In this document: in pieces, positions 32,679-42,722 of the stretch
How positions within the stretch are numbered: position 1 is the stretch's first letter
How the letters are laid out: each line of letters opens with the position of its first letter
Virus record (IMG/VR): IMGVR_UViG_3300045988_120893
Span: 1,821 to 65,820 of that record
Origin: a virus
Length of the DNA: 64,000 nt
Reading direction: 5' to 3' (one strand)
Notes under the pieces: generated by a model
The model's input: the letters and a program-made list of their open reading frames with translations, nothing else
Databases searched by the model: none
What the model was told of the DNA's origin: nothing
Translations under genes and position numbers: made by a program

Positions 32679-34082
32679 TTATTCTGCTGTGAATCTGAAC
32701 TGATATGTGAGGTAGATCTTCTCTAAGCTGTCTTTGTCGTTTGCTTCAATAACAAAGTAGGCATAATCAGAACCTCTTGTTTTTGTTGTGTCTTCTGAGA
32801 ATACAGCACCGTCCATCAGTTTACTTTCCTTAATCATTGCGTCAAGTACATCCTGACCTCTTAACACGCAATCTCCGACACCGATATCATCACAGTCAAC
32901 TTTGCCTATAAGCGGTGCAAGCGCTCTGTCAATTCTATCGAACATCTCGAAACGTGTGGAAGTCCTTCTGATCTTCTTCCATCCGTCGTCCTGATTCTCA
33001 CCAGGAATGACAAGTGTATTGACAGCCGAATCAAACCACACCTGCCCCTCATCATTCGGAGAAAGAAGAACCATTCCACTGCTGATTGCCTGCTCATACT
33101 GAGAATTTTTCAGGACTTCAAGAGTGTTCACCGCTCCCGGAATGACTGTATGTGTTGCCGACTGGTTGCTTTCCATAGATCCAATGATTCCGGCCTGTAC
33201 TGCGATTGCTTTGTATCCATCAACCTTATTGCTGTCAGCATCCTCATATCCGCTTCCGAAGTAGATAATCTTTTCGTCATTGAAAGAAGATGCATGTGAT
33301 TTTCTCGTGTCAAAATCTACGGTTGTAGGCTCTCCCAATGCACATACACCCAATGCACATTCAAGGAAGATACGATTGATGTACGACTTAACCAGTGCGT
33401 GAACGGCGGTGTCTACCGTATCAATCACAAGCATATTCCACTTGAACGGCTCGAAAGCTGTAAATGCTTCTGAGTAAGACTCCGTGTTGACGGTCGGGTC
33501 TGTTCCTTCTGAAAGCTGTGTCCCTGAAACGTTAGGAACCGTTCCGTCAGCAGATTTTGTCGCTGTAAGGTAAATGGAATTAGAATTGATAGCTTCTACA
33601 AGGTTTGCACTGTCTGATGCACCAGACGCAAATTCAATCGTTTCCACTAATTCTGCTCCGTTGTATAAGAGCAGCTGTTTAACTCCTGTTTCCCCTAACT
33701 TTTCTTTCACTGTGATGCTGAACGGAATGGATGTAGGGTACTTTGTCTTGATATTCACAAGTGTAGTTTCAGATTCAGAAATGGCAACCTCTCCATTTGT
33801 TCCGCCTGATCCAAGACGGTACACATGTACTTTTGTAGCACCGCCATCAAAAAGTGCAAGAACTGCGTCCGCTGTTCCTTCTGTTCCGTATGTATTTTTG
33901 AAGTCTTCAATATCATCTCTGGAATAGGATGATACTGTTGCAAGTGGACCATTCATTGCATGAATTGCGATAGCGAACACACCATAGACTGCGCCAGGTG
34001 TATCACTGGAACCTACATTCTCATATCTTCTGTAAACTCCTGGACGTATTTTTTTCTCTCCTAAGTTATAAAAAGATCCCAT
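32679..34082 (-). CDS. Contractile tail sheath protein (XkdK-like)
   Basis: 467 aa. N-terminal ..KIRPGVYRRYENVG.. typical of sheath proteins. Position supports the call. Confidence 0.8.
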   Translation of the reverse strand: MGSFYNLGEKKIRPGVYRRYENVGSSDTPGAVYGVFAIAIHAMNGPLATVSSYSRDDIEDFKNTYGTEGTADAVLALFDGGATKVHVYRLGSGGTNGEVAISESETTLVNIKTKYPTSIPFSITVKEKLGETGVKQLLLYNGAELVETIEFASGASDSANLVEAINSNSIYLTATKSADGTVPNVSGTQLSEGTDPTVNTESYSEAFTAFEPFKWNMLVIDTVDTAVHALVKSYINRIFLECALGVCALGEPTTVDFDTRKSHASSFNDEKIIYFGSGYEDADSNKVDGYKAIAVQAGIIGSMESNQSATHTVIPGAVNTLEVLKNSQYEQAISSGMVLLSPNDEGQVWFDSAVNTLVIPGENQDDGWKKIRRTSTRFEMFDRIDRALAPLIGKVDCDDIGVGDCVLRGQDVLDAMIKESKLMDGAVFSEDTTKTRGSDYAYFVIEANDKDSLEKIYLTYQFRFTAE

Positions 34083-34084
34083 GT

Positions 34085-34309
34085 TTATTTAACCTCCTTT
34101 TTTTTGAATTTGTTTACGATTTCTTTTGCTTCGTTGACGGTAAATTTGTCCTTGCCTGACGAAGCAAGAGCAGCTTCCACAATATCCGCATTTGCCCCTA
34201 CGGATTCAGGGGCGGATGCAAACTCTTCTATTGTGTAAGTAGGCTCATTTTTAACAGGCGTTTTCATTTCTGACTGTTTTGTCTGCGTTTTGACATTGTT
34301 ATTCGCCAT
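34085..34309 (-). CDS. Small hypothetical protein
   Basis: Track ORF 34085-34330. Start at MANNNVK (ATG 34307-34309) after GAGAGG avoids overlap with the upstream gene. Confidence 0.45.
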   Translation of the reverse strand: MANNNVKTQTKQSEMKTPVKNEPTYTIEEFASAPESVGANADIVEAALASSGKDKFTVNEAKEIVNKFKKKEVK

Positions 34310-35195
34310 ATTTAACCTCTCTTTCTGCATTGATTCCTTCTATGCGTATGTTATTTAATTTTTGATGTATCTTTTCCGTAAGTACACCATAAGTTGTTCC
34401 TACAACAACCTGTCCAACCCTCATAGGGTCTGCTGAAAGGTTCACGTTTGACTTATCAATCAGCATAGGTGAACCATCATCAAGCATTATTCTCGTTGCA
34501 TGTACCAGAAGCTGTATGATCTGCTTTGCGAAAGATGCCCTCACATTATCGCTTGGTGCCATGATGTGTATGTGGATTTCCGCTCCAATCCAGTCAACGG
34601 AATATGTGCTTTTCATCCTCTTGCTTTCACTTAAATTTGAGACTCTGCAATAAATAGCTGGGGATGTATCTAAAGGTTTCCATGTTTCCGGTAGTTTGTC
34701 ATTCCCGATAACATGAGCATAAGGGTATAAAGTTTTTATCCAGAGGTTTGTAGAGGAAATCGGGTCTGGGGATTCCGTTGTATATTTTGGATATGCAATG
34801 ACATCAAACACCAGAGTCGTTCCGATTATTTCATCATCATTGCCCTGCATGAATGGGTTGCAGTTCCTCCACTGGGAAGATATTGTGATTTCTTCATTGC
34901 TGAAGAAACAGCCATCAACCGCCGTTTTCACTGCGTTTTCCAAGTCTTCAAGCTGTACCGAATCGGAATTGTTTTCACACATGACATCAATCATAAGCTG
35001 TCCGGAAACTTTCCTCTCCGGGTCTGCCTGCATATCAAGGTCAAATATAATACGTGGATATTGCGATTCTCCCCAGTCCACGTCCGTATCGTCCGGTGCT
35101 TTTGTCTGGAATATTGCCGGTATACCCGACCATGAGGTCAGATTTCCTGTCAATTCTTCGCAATCACAAAGATATTTGTAAATAATTCCTTCCAT
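34299..35195 (-). CDS. Tail-completion/neck-region protein, hypothetical
   Basis: 298-aa ORF between the gp10-like gene and the sheath gene. Confidence 0.5.
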   Translation of the reverse strand: MEGIIYKYLCDCEELTGNLTSWSGIPAIFQTKAPDDTDVDWGESQYPRIIFDLDMQADPERKVSGQLMIDVMCENNSDSVQLEDLENAVKTAVDGCFFSNEEITISSQWRNCNPFMQGNDDEIIGTTLVFDVIAYPKYTTESPDPISSTNLWIKTLYPYAHVIGNDKLPETWKPLDTSPAIYCRVSNLSESKRMKSTYSVDWIGAEIHIHIMAPSDNVRASFAKQIIQLLVHATRIMLDDGSPMLIDKSNVNLSADPMRVGQVVVGTTYGVLTEKIHQKLNNIRIEGINAEREVKYGE

Positions 35196-35211
35196 TCCGT
35201 ACCTCCAAAAT

Positions 35212-35664
35212 CTACATGTAAGGCTCCCTGTATATTTGCCTTATCCTTTCCATTGCCTGTTCCTGAATCTTTTCCTTGTATGGCCTTGGTGCTATTCTTC
35301 CACCGCCATATTCGAGTATTGCACCCAGAAGATGTCCGTTGTCTGTCCTTGTCCTGTTCTCAATGTAAGATCGAACAGAAACTTCCGAACCGGCTCCTGA
35401 CGTTATCTCCTGTCTAGGTTGCCATCCATTCCGGAAAGTTCCGGTTCTTACTGCTGGTGGTTCTCCAGGAGCGGATGCAGTATAGTATTGTGATGTTCCT
35501 GGTACACGGTATCTACTACCGCTTCTCTGCCCTCTAAGGACAATCTGGGAAGCATTTCTCAATTCATTAGCCGCCCTCATTCCCCTTGACCGTACACCTA
35601 ATGAAATATTCTGTGCTATCTCTTCGAAAGTGGATTCTATCTGTGCATTATAGTTTTCAGCCAT
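35212..35664 (-). CDS. HK97 gp10-family tail-component protein
   Basis: 150 aa. SAPGEPPAVRTGTFRNGW matches the GEPP...TG.L..S signature. Confidence 0.65.
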   Translation of the reverse strand: MAENYNAQIESTFEEIAQNISLGVRSRGMRAANELRNASQIVLRGQRSGSRYRVPGTSQYYTASAPGEPPAVRTGTFRNGWQPRQEITSGAGSEVSVRSYIENRTRTDNGHLLGAILEYGGGRIAPRPYKEKIQEQAMERIRQIYREPYM

Positions 35665-36025
35665 CTTTCAGGTCTTTCCTTTCCTCAACAAAGTACCGCA
35701 TCATATGATTCAGTTCTCCGGGGTTTCCGGTTCCCTGCACATAGAAATATCGGTCTTTCTTTCCTGGTTCTGATAGCACAAGATAATTCGTTGCTATTGC
35801 TGAGTTTGCAATTCCCTGTTGTACGATTTTGTGTGTGATCGGGTGTGATTTCTGCTTCCACTGTTCGATTTCTTTCTGGCTTGCTGTCGCAAGTATGCCT
35901 GTGATCGTCCCTGTGGCTTCATATGCGGTTTTTTGAACTCTTCCCTTACTGTTTACTGCCTTTCCAAGTTCCATCACTGAGAACCGCTTAAAACCCTGTC
36001 CTGGTCTCATGTTAGGCATAAGCAC
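35657..36025 (-). CDS. Head-closure / head-tail adaptor protein
   Basis: 122 aa. Call from size and position. ITHKIV...YFYVQG pattern. Confidence 0.5.
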   Translation of the reverse strand: MLMPNMRPGQGFKRFSVMELGKAVNSKGRVQKTAYEATGTITGILATASQKEIEQWKQKSHPITHKIVQQGIANSAIATNYLVLSEPGKKDRYFYVQGTGNPGELNHMMRYFVEERKDLKDG

Positions 36026-36030
36026 ACCCC

Positions 36031-36525
36031 CTATCTGAATTTGTTCGGATTGGACAGCATGTCGTAATGAAAATACATGTCATCTCCGTTCCTTCCGCCT
36101 AAAGCGTTCGGATTGCAGATAGGGACTGCTGCCTGTGCATCTTTCTTCAAGTCATCATACATGGCCTTCCAACGTTCGTACCTTTCACTCAGTGAGTAGG
36201 ATAATCCGTCTGTGCTTGTGTTGACCTCATAGGCCATCTTCATGACGATTGCTTTCAGACACTTCACTTTCGCCTTTTTCCAGGAAGAGGTACTGCCAAT
36301 CATGGCAGCATACTCTTCATCACATAGAGGACAGGTAACATCCCCAAGGTCAACGATTGTGTCGCCAAGCTCAAAACGCATCTGGTCTACACCTTTATCG
36401 CATATCTTAGACGGGTCATATGAATATGTTCTTTTTGCTGTGGTTGGTTCTGTGGGTGTTTCAGTGGGTGTTTCAGTGGGTGTATCGGTGGTTGTATCGG
36501 TGGTTACTTCTGTTGCATCATCCAT
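36031..36525 (-). CDS. Head-tail connector (gp6-like), hypothetical
   Basis: 164 aa. N-terminal TDTTTDTPTETPTETPTEPTT tract. Call rests on position after the capsid genes. Confidence 0.45.
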   Translation of the reverse strand: MDDATEVTTDTTTDTPTETPTETPTEPTTAKRTYSYDPSKICDKGVDQMRFELGDTIVDLGDVTCPLCDEEYAAMIGSTSSWKKAKVKCLKAIVMKMAYEVNTSTDGLSYSLSERYERWKAMYDDLKKDAQAAVPICNPNALGGRNGDDMYFHYDMLSNPNKFR

Positions 36526-36541
36526 GACTTACACCCCCTGT

Positions 36542-36964
36542 TTATTCTTCCGGAGGTTCGACAAGTTCGTTTACTAAGGAATCTACACGTTCTTTCACGG
36601 CATCCTTCACTACCTTTCTTCCGTCTACTGCATCCATCAGGATAAGAAGGTCGTTTGATTCAACAGAAGATATGATTTCAGCAATTTTTGCTTTTTCTTC
36701 TGTTGTTTTCACACCGATCTGCAGAACGTCAGTGAATACCGTAAGTTCAGATTCCGTTACAGTTACATAATAGTCTTCGCTTTCGAGATGGATAGGAATT
36801 GTGAATTTCACTTCTTCCGCCTGTACCTCTCCATCATTCATGATAGCGATTGTTCCACGTTTCGCCTGCGCTTCTGGATTCTCTACGACATCCGCCGGTA
36901 CTTCTTCTCCGATAAGATATCTTTTTCCAGAAAATGTGCAAGGAATCTGTGCAATAAGTCTCAT
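36542..36964 (-). CDS. Hypothetical head-associated protein
   Basis: 140-aa ORF directly downstream of the major capsid gene. Confidence 0.5.
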   Translation of the reverse strand: MRLIAQIPCTFSGKRYLIGEEVPADVVENPEAQAKRGTIAIMNDGEVQAEEVKFTIPIHLESEDYYVTVTESELTVFTDVLQIGVKTTEEKAKIAEIISSVESNDLLILMDAVDGRKVVKDAVKERVDSLVNELVEPPEE

Positions 36965-36985
36965 AATGCACCATCCTTTCCGTGA

Positions 36986-38014
36986 TTAGACAGCTTCCTT
37001 ACCGAACACCGCAAGGTCATCACAAGTTTTCTTCATGTCGAATGACATTAATCCCTCAATGAACTCTGAATGGGTTCCCCACTCTCCTTCATGCTGGAGA
37101 ACAGGCATGTAGTTTCCATCTCCAAGCATATCCCATGTGAAGATGTATCCAGCACTAGGTTCTTCAATAGATGGAGCAGAAGGTGCATAAGTAAGAAGAA
37201 ATGCATCAGGATCACAGATAAACTCCATGTTCTCTGACTGTCCAAGTTTCGCATTGTTCCAGATAGAACCGAATACAACGATCTTCTCTACTCCGAACAG
37301 CTGTGAAAGTACGTTCTCTGTGACTGCTGCCGGATTCGCTGTAGTTCCGCCGTATTTGATTCGTTCAAGAATCGCCGGATGCTCTTTCAGTGCGTTAAAC
37401 ACATTGATTCCTAATCCTAATTTGTTAGGTGTCCGTCCGGTTTTCTCTTTCATCTCAGTTTTACGAGAATCAAAGAACTTGATAGGCTCTGAGTTGTCAT
37501 CAGAGAATTTGATGAACTGATTTCCTGATGCGCTTGCGGAAACACCGCTCCACTCATTTGTCCATGCACCGGATTTGAAATAAGCATTTGCGAAAAGTCT
37601 GTCCTGATGGATGTTAGCCTGCTGTGCCATTGTCTTTGTCTTCATGATACGTGGGTCTTTCAATCCGTTTGGTCCCTGTCTTCTCACGTCGTCTGTTCTC
37701 TTAATCAGGTCAATACCCATAATCATCTGATCCACCTGACAGTTATAGGTATCTGAGCTTTCTCCTACGATTGCAGGGTCAACCTTTCCGTATGCCGGTT
37801 TTCTCTCCCATGAATCACGGAGTAAATCCTCTCTGGAAAATTTGTAGTAGTTGTCGCTTGATAACTGAACCTGGCAGATTGGGAAAAGTTCTTTCGCCTT
37901 TCCTGCTCCTGTCTGGAAGAATGACATAGCCATGTTCGTAAGCATTGTATGTGGTCTGAATGTTCCTTTTGCGATTCCTACATGAATCGCACCTGTAGAA
38001 TTGAATCCTGCCAT
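36986..38014 (-). CDS. Major capsid protein
   Basis: 342 aa, preceded by decoration-like and scaffold-like genes, with strong RBS context. Resembles the gpE-type capsid family by eye. Confidence 0.7.
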   Translation of the reverse strand: MAGFNSTGAIHVGIAKGTFRPHTMLTNMAMSFFQTGAGKAKELFPICQVQLSSDNYYKFSREDLLRDSWERKPAYGKVDPAIVGESSDTYNCQVDQMIMGIDLIKRTDDVRRQGPNGLKDPRIMKTKTMAQQANIHQDRLFANAYFKSGAWTNEWSGVSASASGNQFIKFSDDNSEPIKFFDSRKTEMKEKTGRTPNKLGLGINVFNALKEHPAILERIKYGGTTANPAAVTENVLSQLFGVEKIVVFGSIWNNAKLGQSENMEFICDPDAFLLTYAPSAPSIEEPSAGYIFTWDMLGDGNYMPVLQHEGEWGTHSEFIEGLMSFDMKKTCDDLAVFGKEAV

Positions 38015-38032
38015 TGTCTTTTATCTCCTTTC

Positions 38033-38452
38033 TTATGATGCTGGTTTCTGGTATTTGTTGATGATGATGTGGCAATATTCTCCGGATTTTGCCGCTGTCT
38101 TAGCAATGCCAATGACAAAATTACCGGCTGTTGCCACTACTGCACATCCGTTAGCGTCAGATGCAAGCTCTGCTCCCTTAGTGATTTCACCGCCAGCCTT
38201 CACAAATCCAATGTCCTTAATCTGTACGGTTACATCTTCGCCTTTTGCAACTTTTCCTGATTCTTTACCTGTGATATCATTCGCCCCATCTTCTATGATA
38301 GTGATACCGACTGCAACCTCTCCGGCTTTAGCAAGCACTACATCACCATTTGAATCATACTTCGCAATCTTGCAACGTGCATCTTCAATTTCCGCTCCTG
38401 CTTTCTCTACGATAGTAGGGGACTGGTTGATCTGTGTTCCGATATAATTCAT
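38033..38452 (-). CDS. DUF2190-type head decoration/cement-like protein
   Basis: 139 aa. G/A/V-rich beta pattern (KAGEVAVGITI..GEDVTVQIKDIGFVKAGGEITKGAELASD..G). Confidence 0.55.
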   Translation of the reverse strand: MNYIGTQINQSPTIVEKAGAEIEDARCKIAKYDSNGDVVLAKAGEVAVGITIIEDGANDITGKESGKVAKGEDVTVQIKDIGFVKAGGEITKGAELASDANGCAVVATAGNFVIGIAKTAAKSGEYCHIIINKYQKPAS

Positions 38453-38471
38453 AATCTGTAACTCTCCTTTC

Positions 38472-39563
38472 TTAGTTCATGTAAGATTCGTCATAAGCCG
38501 CAATAAGTTCCGGGTTCTGCTCCCATGCCTTGGCGATTGACTCATGGTAGCTCATTGTTACGTCAGACTTTCTGATTTCAGCCGCAAGTGCTTCAATCTT
38601 TCCCTCTGCTTCGCTCTTACCTACGGAAACATAGGAAACACCATTGCTTCCGCTCTTGCCGATTTCAGCGAACATACCGCTTTTCTCTACGATTGCTACC
38701 TGTTCATCAAGTGCGTTCACATAGGATTTATAAACTTCCTCTCCTGCTGCTTTCATGTCGCATAATGTCTTAGCAAGTTCCTCTGGCTTCTTGCCAATGA
38801 TTTCATACTTCTTAGCAACATCTGTGAACTCTTTCATCTCCATGCTCTTTCTCAGCTGTCTTACAGCTTCAAGTTCTGCTTCAAGAGATTTTTTAACATC
38901 TGGTTTCATTTCCGGATCGTCCTCTCCTTCCGTTGGCATCATTCCATCTGTTTTCTTCTTACATGATGGCTTGCCACAGCTTGCCTGTACCGGCTCAGGG
39001 TCATTCATGTCATCTTCTGCTTTCTCCGTCTTACAAGCCTTTGCAATCAAAGCATCTAACTGTGACGCTTCCTCAGAGGTTAAAAGGCTCTTATCGACAT
39101 TTTCTAAACTGATTCCCATATCATCACATCCTCCTTTACTGTTATTTTTAGTTAATGGGTAATCTATTGCGTCATGTGTTGATTTCTCAACCTGACCACT
39201 AATAGAAGATAGGTAATCTTCCATTGTGTCCGTAAATTCATTTGTGCTTTTTTCAAGCATCTCAATTCTTTCCTGGTCGGAAAGTGTTGTGTCGGCCATG
39301 ATAGAGTCATAGGACTTAGCAAGACATTCCGTGAAATAATTGAAATCGTCTGATGACTTCTGTATGTCAAACAACGGTTCGTCATCTCCTAAAATAGCCT
39401 TTTTCAGTGCTGATACGATTGATTTAAATATTGGCTGTTTCTCAATATCTTCCTCATAGTCGGCACTCTTGCATAGTTTGATATATGCGTCAGGATTTGC
39501 ACCTCTACGCACAAAATCAACACTATTCAGGTTCATTTTCTTTAACTTGGTTGGTTGTTTCAT
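38472..39563 (-). CDS. Scaffolding / prohead-processing protein candidate
   Basis: 363 aa. N-terminal LNSVDFVRRGANPDA, then acidic helical regions. Call rests on position upstream of the capsid gene. Confidence 0.45.
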   Translation of the reverse strand: MKQPTKLKKMNLNSVDFVRRGANPDAYIKLCKSADYEEDIEKQPIFKSIVSALKKAILGDDEPLFDIQKSSDDFNYFTECLAKSYDSIMADTTLSDQERIEMLEKSTNEFTDTMEDYLSSISGQVEKSTHDAIDYPLTKNNSKGGCDDMGISLENVDKSLLTSEEASQLDALIAKACKTEKAEDDMNDPEPVQASCGKPSCKKKTDGMMPTEGEDDPEMKPDVKKSLEAELEAVRQLRKSMEMKEFTDVAKKYEIIGKKPEELAKTLCDMKAAGEEVYKSYVNALDEQVAIVEKSGMFAEIGKSGSNGVSYVSVGKSEAEGKIEALAAEIRKSDVTMSYHESIAKAWEQNPELIAAYDESYMN

Positions 39564-39578
39564 TGGTTACTCCTTTCT

Positions 39579-39764
39579 TTACAAGTCAATGGTTCCATTT
39601 TCTGATTCCAATTCTTCATCTTCTGCTTTGTTCATTTCCTCAATAGCTTTGATAACTTTGAATGATGCACCTTTTACAGGTACCATCTTTCCGTCATCGT
39701 CATACTCCCATGAATCCATATTGTCTCTTAATACTTGTGGTAATGTTGCTGACATCGTAATCAC
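39579..39764 (-). CDS. Small hypothetical protein
   Basis: 61-aa ORF between the polyvalent protein and the scaffold gene. Confidence 0.4.
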   Translation of the reverse strand: MITMSATLPQVLRDNMDSWEYDDDGKMVPVKGASFKVIKAIEEMNKAEDEELESENGTIDL

Positions 39765-39768
39765 TCCT

Positions 39769-42507
39769 TTACTTTAATATTCCAGCCGCTTTCATGAGTG
39801 CTAAACACTCCGGACTAGGATTAGATGATCCATTAAATTCTGCAAATGCTTCTGCGAATAGTTCTTTTGCATTTTTCGTAGCATATTTGCTGATTTTAGA
39901 TGCAAAATCCTTTGTATTTGGGTGGTTCCCACCATATATTTTTCCTGTTGCTTTCTTAAAAACTTCCTTTTCCCATTTGCCGGATCTCTTATTCATGATA
40001 AAATCAATTTTTTTACTACCATCAAAATTTGATATTGTCTCATTTGCTGCAACTCCAACTGATTTTTTTGCTTGTATTCCACCGATAACATGACCATATT
40101 CATGCCATACAATATCTTTTGCTGTCGTTCCCTTTGGATGGAAACCAATATCACAATCCGCTTTGTATTGCTGTTCTAATGCTTCCAGTCCGTTTCCGTA
40201 CAGCTTGGAAGATAACTTTAATGTCATTCGTCCTGTACCATCTGTTTCAATGCAAGCGTACATTCTACCGGATGATGACATCTTGATTTCTTGTACAGCT
40301 CCTTTTGTTTCAGGATATTTAGACTGAATATCTGCCACTTGCTTATTGATGTGATTGATTGTATCAATATCAAGTTTGGTTCCGTAACTTGCTTTTTCAA
40401 ATCCAAGTTCTTTTACTGCATATTCGGTTGCCGCTTTCTTAGTTTTTGCAGGTGTGAAATTGCTTTCTTGTGGTTTTTCTTCCTTTGGCTTCTCTGCCTT
40501 AGGTTTTTGAGGTTTCGGTTTTTGAGGTTTCGGCTGTTTATTGCCCGGCGCTGGCTTTGTACCGCCAAGACCGTATGCCCTGCCGATTGTTTCGTGGGAT
40601 AGAGCGGATTCTCTTGCTATTGCCATTGCTCCGGCTCTTGTGTTTGGGTTAGCGGAAAAGGTTCTCGCTTGCTTGTCTGGGTGTCCGATCCATGAGCTAT
40701 TCATGAAACCTCCGCCTGTTGCAAATCTACCAAGGCGGTCATGATAAGGGTTGAATTTTAATATTTCATCAAAACTCTTTGATACTTTACCGCTTTTGTA
40801 ATATACCCAGTAATTATCTCCTAGATGCTGTTCATATCTTATCCCTTTTTTCTTGAAGTCTGACAAGATAGTGTTTTGTTTGTCTTTAGGTATCTGTGTA
40901 TATAAAATATCTCTCTTACGATTAAAACTATCGTTTTTATCGTTGTTTAATCTGATATTGTGCTGATGTTCTACATAATCAACAAAATCATTTTTATTCT
41001 TTACATCTGAATAACTTTCAACTTTCTTTTTAGGTTTCTTTTCAGTTGTTTTCTTTTTATTGTTAGCGGATGCCATTTGTGAAGCACGTTCTTTCGCTCT
41101 TTCTTTCTCCCTAGCTATTGCGTTATCGTGGGCTTTACTCTTTCCTGGGGCATATGTGAAAGAAGCATAATTTCCACCGCTCCCAGATGTGAACCGTCCA
41201 AGCCTATCGTGATATGGATTGAACTTCAAAACTTCCGAAAAGGTCTTAGCAACTGTTTCAAATGGTTCATTTTCTGACTTCGTAACCGGCTCATTTACCG
41301 GCTCACGGACTGCCTTGCCCTCGATAGAGAACATATTGTATGTACCATTCTTGATTTTCTCCCATGTATCATCATCATCCACATGAAATCCTATCCACCA
41401 TCCAACCGGAACTGTTCCTTCTGGAATACCTATTGCTTTCATCTTCTCCGGAGTGAAAACACAGGACTCAACCATCTTGGCTTTCTTTCGGAGCGTTCCG
41501 ATATGTTCCTCTCCCGCATCCCTGAATCTAAGTACATAATCATATGCACCTTTCTCCAGCTCGTCCGGTTCCACGATATCTCCTTGGTGGTCTACAATCG
41601 TTTCTCCGTCCGTCCGTTCTGATACCAACGCCCAGCCGAATACAAGACGCTGATCTTCGTCTGCTTTGGCAATATTGAATGTTGGCTTTTTCATACTATC
41701 CTCCTCCGACTTTGTTATATCCTCATCACTCGAAGGTTTTTTATTTGTTACCGATTTGATTTGATGAGATTCAAATACTGCGTACACATCAGAAGGTTTC
41801 TCTTTGGAACTTCCATCTCTAACATTCTTGTACACAACACCATCATATCCGTTAGATTTTGCGTACTTTGCTATCTGATCTGTTGATGCATTAGAAGAAT
41901 CCACCTTCTTACGCTGTAAAAAATCGTAAAATTTGTTTATTCCTTTTCCTTGTAGTTCCGGTGGAAGTTCTATTGCGTTCCATGCATTGCTATGACAGTC
42001 AATAACCAATGGGTTCTTAGCGTTCAGATAGCAAGTGTAAACCTGCTTTTCTCCGCCCATGCTATTATCAACGCTGTAATATTTATCAATCATTTCTTTA
42101 TTTGTGGAAAAGAAATGTGCTGCACCACTTACATTGTTAGAATAAGATTGACTTGAATCAAATACAGTAAATCCACCATCCGGTGTTCCATGATAGACTT
42201 CCAGAAGATTCCCGTTATCATCTCTCATTTTAGAGTCTTTAAAAAAGTTCTTCTGTTCTTCTGACAGCTTATTTCCTGTACTGCTTACTTCTGCCTCTCC
42301 AGCCTGTCCACTGCTTTCTGAAGAAGTCGCCGCCGCCGCTCTTTCCTTTTCCCTGGCGATAGCGTTATCGTGTGCCTTGCTCTTTCCGGGTGCATAGGTA
42401 AATGATGCATAGTTTCCGCCACTACCGGAGGTGAACCGTCCTTTACTGTCGTGGTAGGGGTTGAACTTTTCTATTGTTGAAAATGTCTGTGCTTTCAGTG
42501 GCATCAT
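39769..42507 (-). CDS. Polyvalent head-associated multidomain protein (FNPYHD..GRF repeats, enzymatic domain, XkdF-like domain, HExxH metalloprotease)
   Basis: 912 aa. KFNPYHD(S/R).GRF(T/A).G occurs three times. LLEVYHGTPDGGFTVFD..GYDGVVYKNV domain. DEDQRLVFGWALVSE..DHQGDIVEPDELEKGAYDY (XkdF-like). WHEYGHV..ELFAEAFAEF (HExxH). Confidence 0.75.
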   Translation of the reverse strand: MMPLKAQTFSTIEKFNPYHDSKGRFTSGSGGNYASFTYAPGKSKAHDNAIAREKERAAAATSSESSGQAGEAEVSSTGNKLSEEQKNFFKDSKMRDDNGNLLEVYHGTPDGGFTVFDSSQSYSNNVSGAAHFFSTNKEMIDKYYSVDNSMGGEKQVYTCYLNAKNPLVIDCHSNAWNAIELPPELQGKGINKFYDFLQRKKVDSSNASTDQIAKYAKSNGYDGVVYKNVRDGSSKEKPSDVYAVFESHQIKSVTNKKPSSDEDITKSEEDSMKKPTFNIAKADEDQRLVFGWALVSERTDGETIVDHQGDIVEPDELEKGAYDYVLRFRDAGEEHIGTLRKKAKMVESCVFTPEKMKAIGIPEGTVPVGWWIGFHVDDDDTWEKIKNGTYNMFSIEGKAVREPVNEPVTKSENEPFETVAKTFSEVLKFNPYHDRLGRFTSGSGGNYASFTYAPGKSKAHDNAIAREKERAKERASQMASANNKKKTTEKKPKKKVESYSDVKNKNDFVDYVEHQHNIRLNNDKNDSFNRKRDILYTQIPKDKQNTILSDFKKKGIRYEQHLGDNYWVYYKSGKVSKSFDEILKFNPYHDRLGRFATGGGFMNSSWIGHPDKQARTFSANPNTRAGAMAIARESALSHETIGRAYGLGGTKPAPGNKQPKPQKPKPQKPKAEKPKEEKPQESNFTPAKTKKAATEYAVKELGFEKASYGTKLDIDTINHINKQVADIQSKYPETKGAVQEIKMSSSGRMYACIETDGTGRMTLKLSSKLYGNGLEALEQQYKADCDIGFHPKGTTAKDIVWHEYGHVIGGIQAKKSVGVAANETISNFDGSKKIDFIMNKRSGKWEKEVFKKATGKIYGGNHPNTKDFASKISKYATKNAKELFAEAFAEFNGSSNPSPECLALMKAAGILK

Positions 42508-42661
42508 ACACCGCCTTTCGTTCGTGGGTGTTTCCGTGGGTTACTGTGAGGTTTAATGTTATCGTAATATATCTCTTATCAGAATAATACATTATTTCTT
42601 TTTTCGCAATTCTTTCATTAGAAATTTTTTGAAAATTCTGTAAGAAATTTCGTTATAGGTA

Positions 42662-42722
42662 TTGTAAATACTCTTTGTGTGGTATAATGTATTTGTAATG
42701 AACACAGAACAATACAGAATAA
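42662..42722 (+). promoter_or_regulatory. Early-type promoter C plus ACAGAA motif
   Basis: TTGTAA (42662-42667), 15 nt, TGgTATAAT (42680-42688), then GAACACAGAACAATACAGAATAA. The ACTCTTTGTGTGG spacer is homologous to promoter B. Confidence 0.6.
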
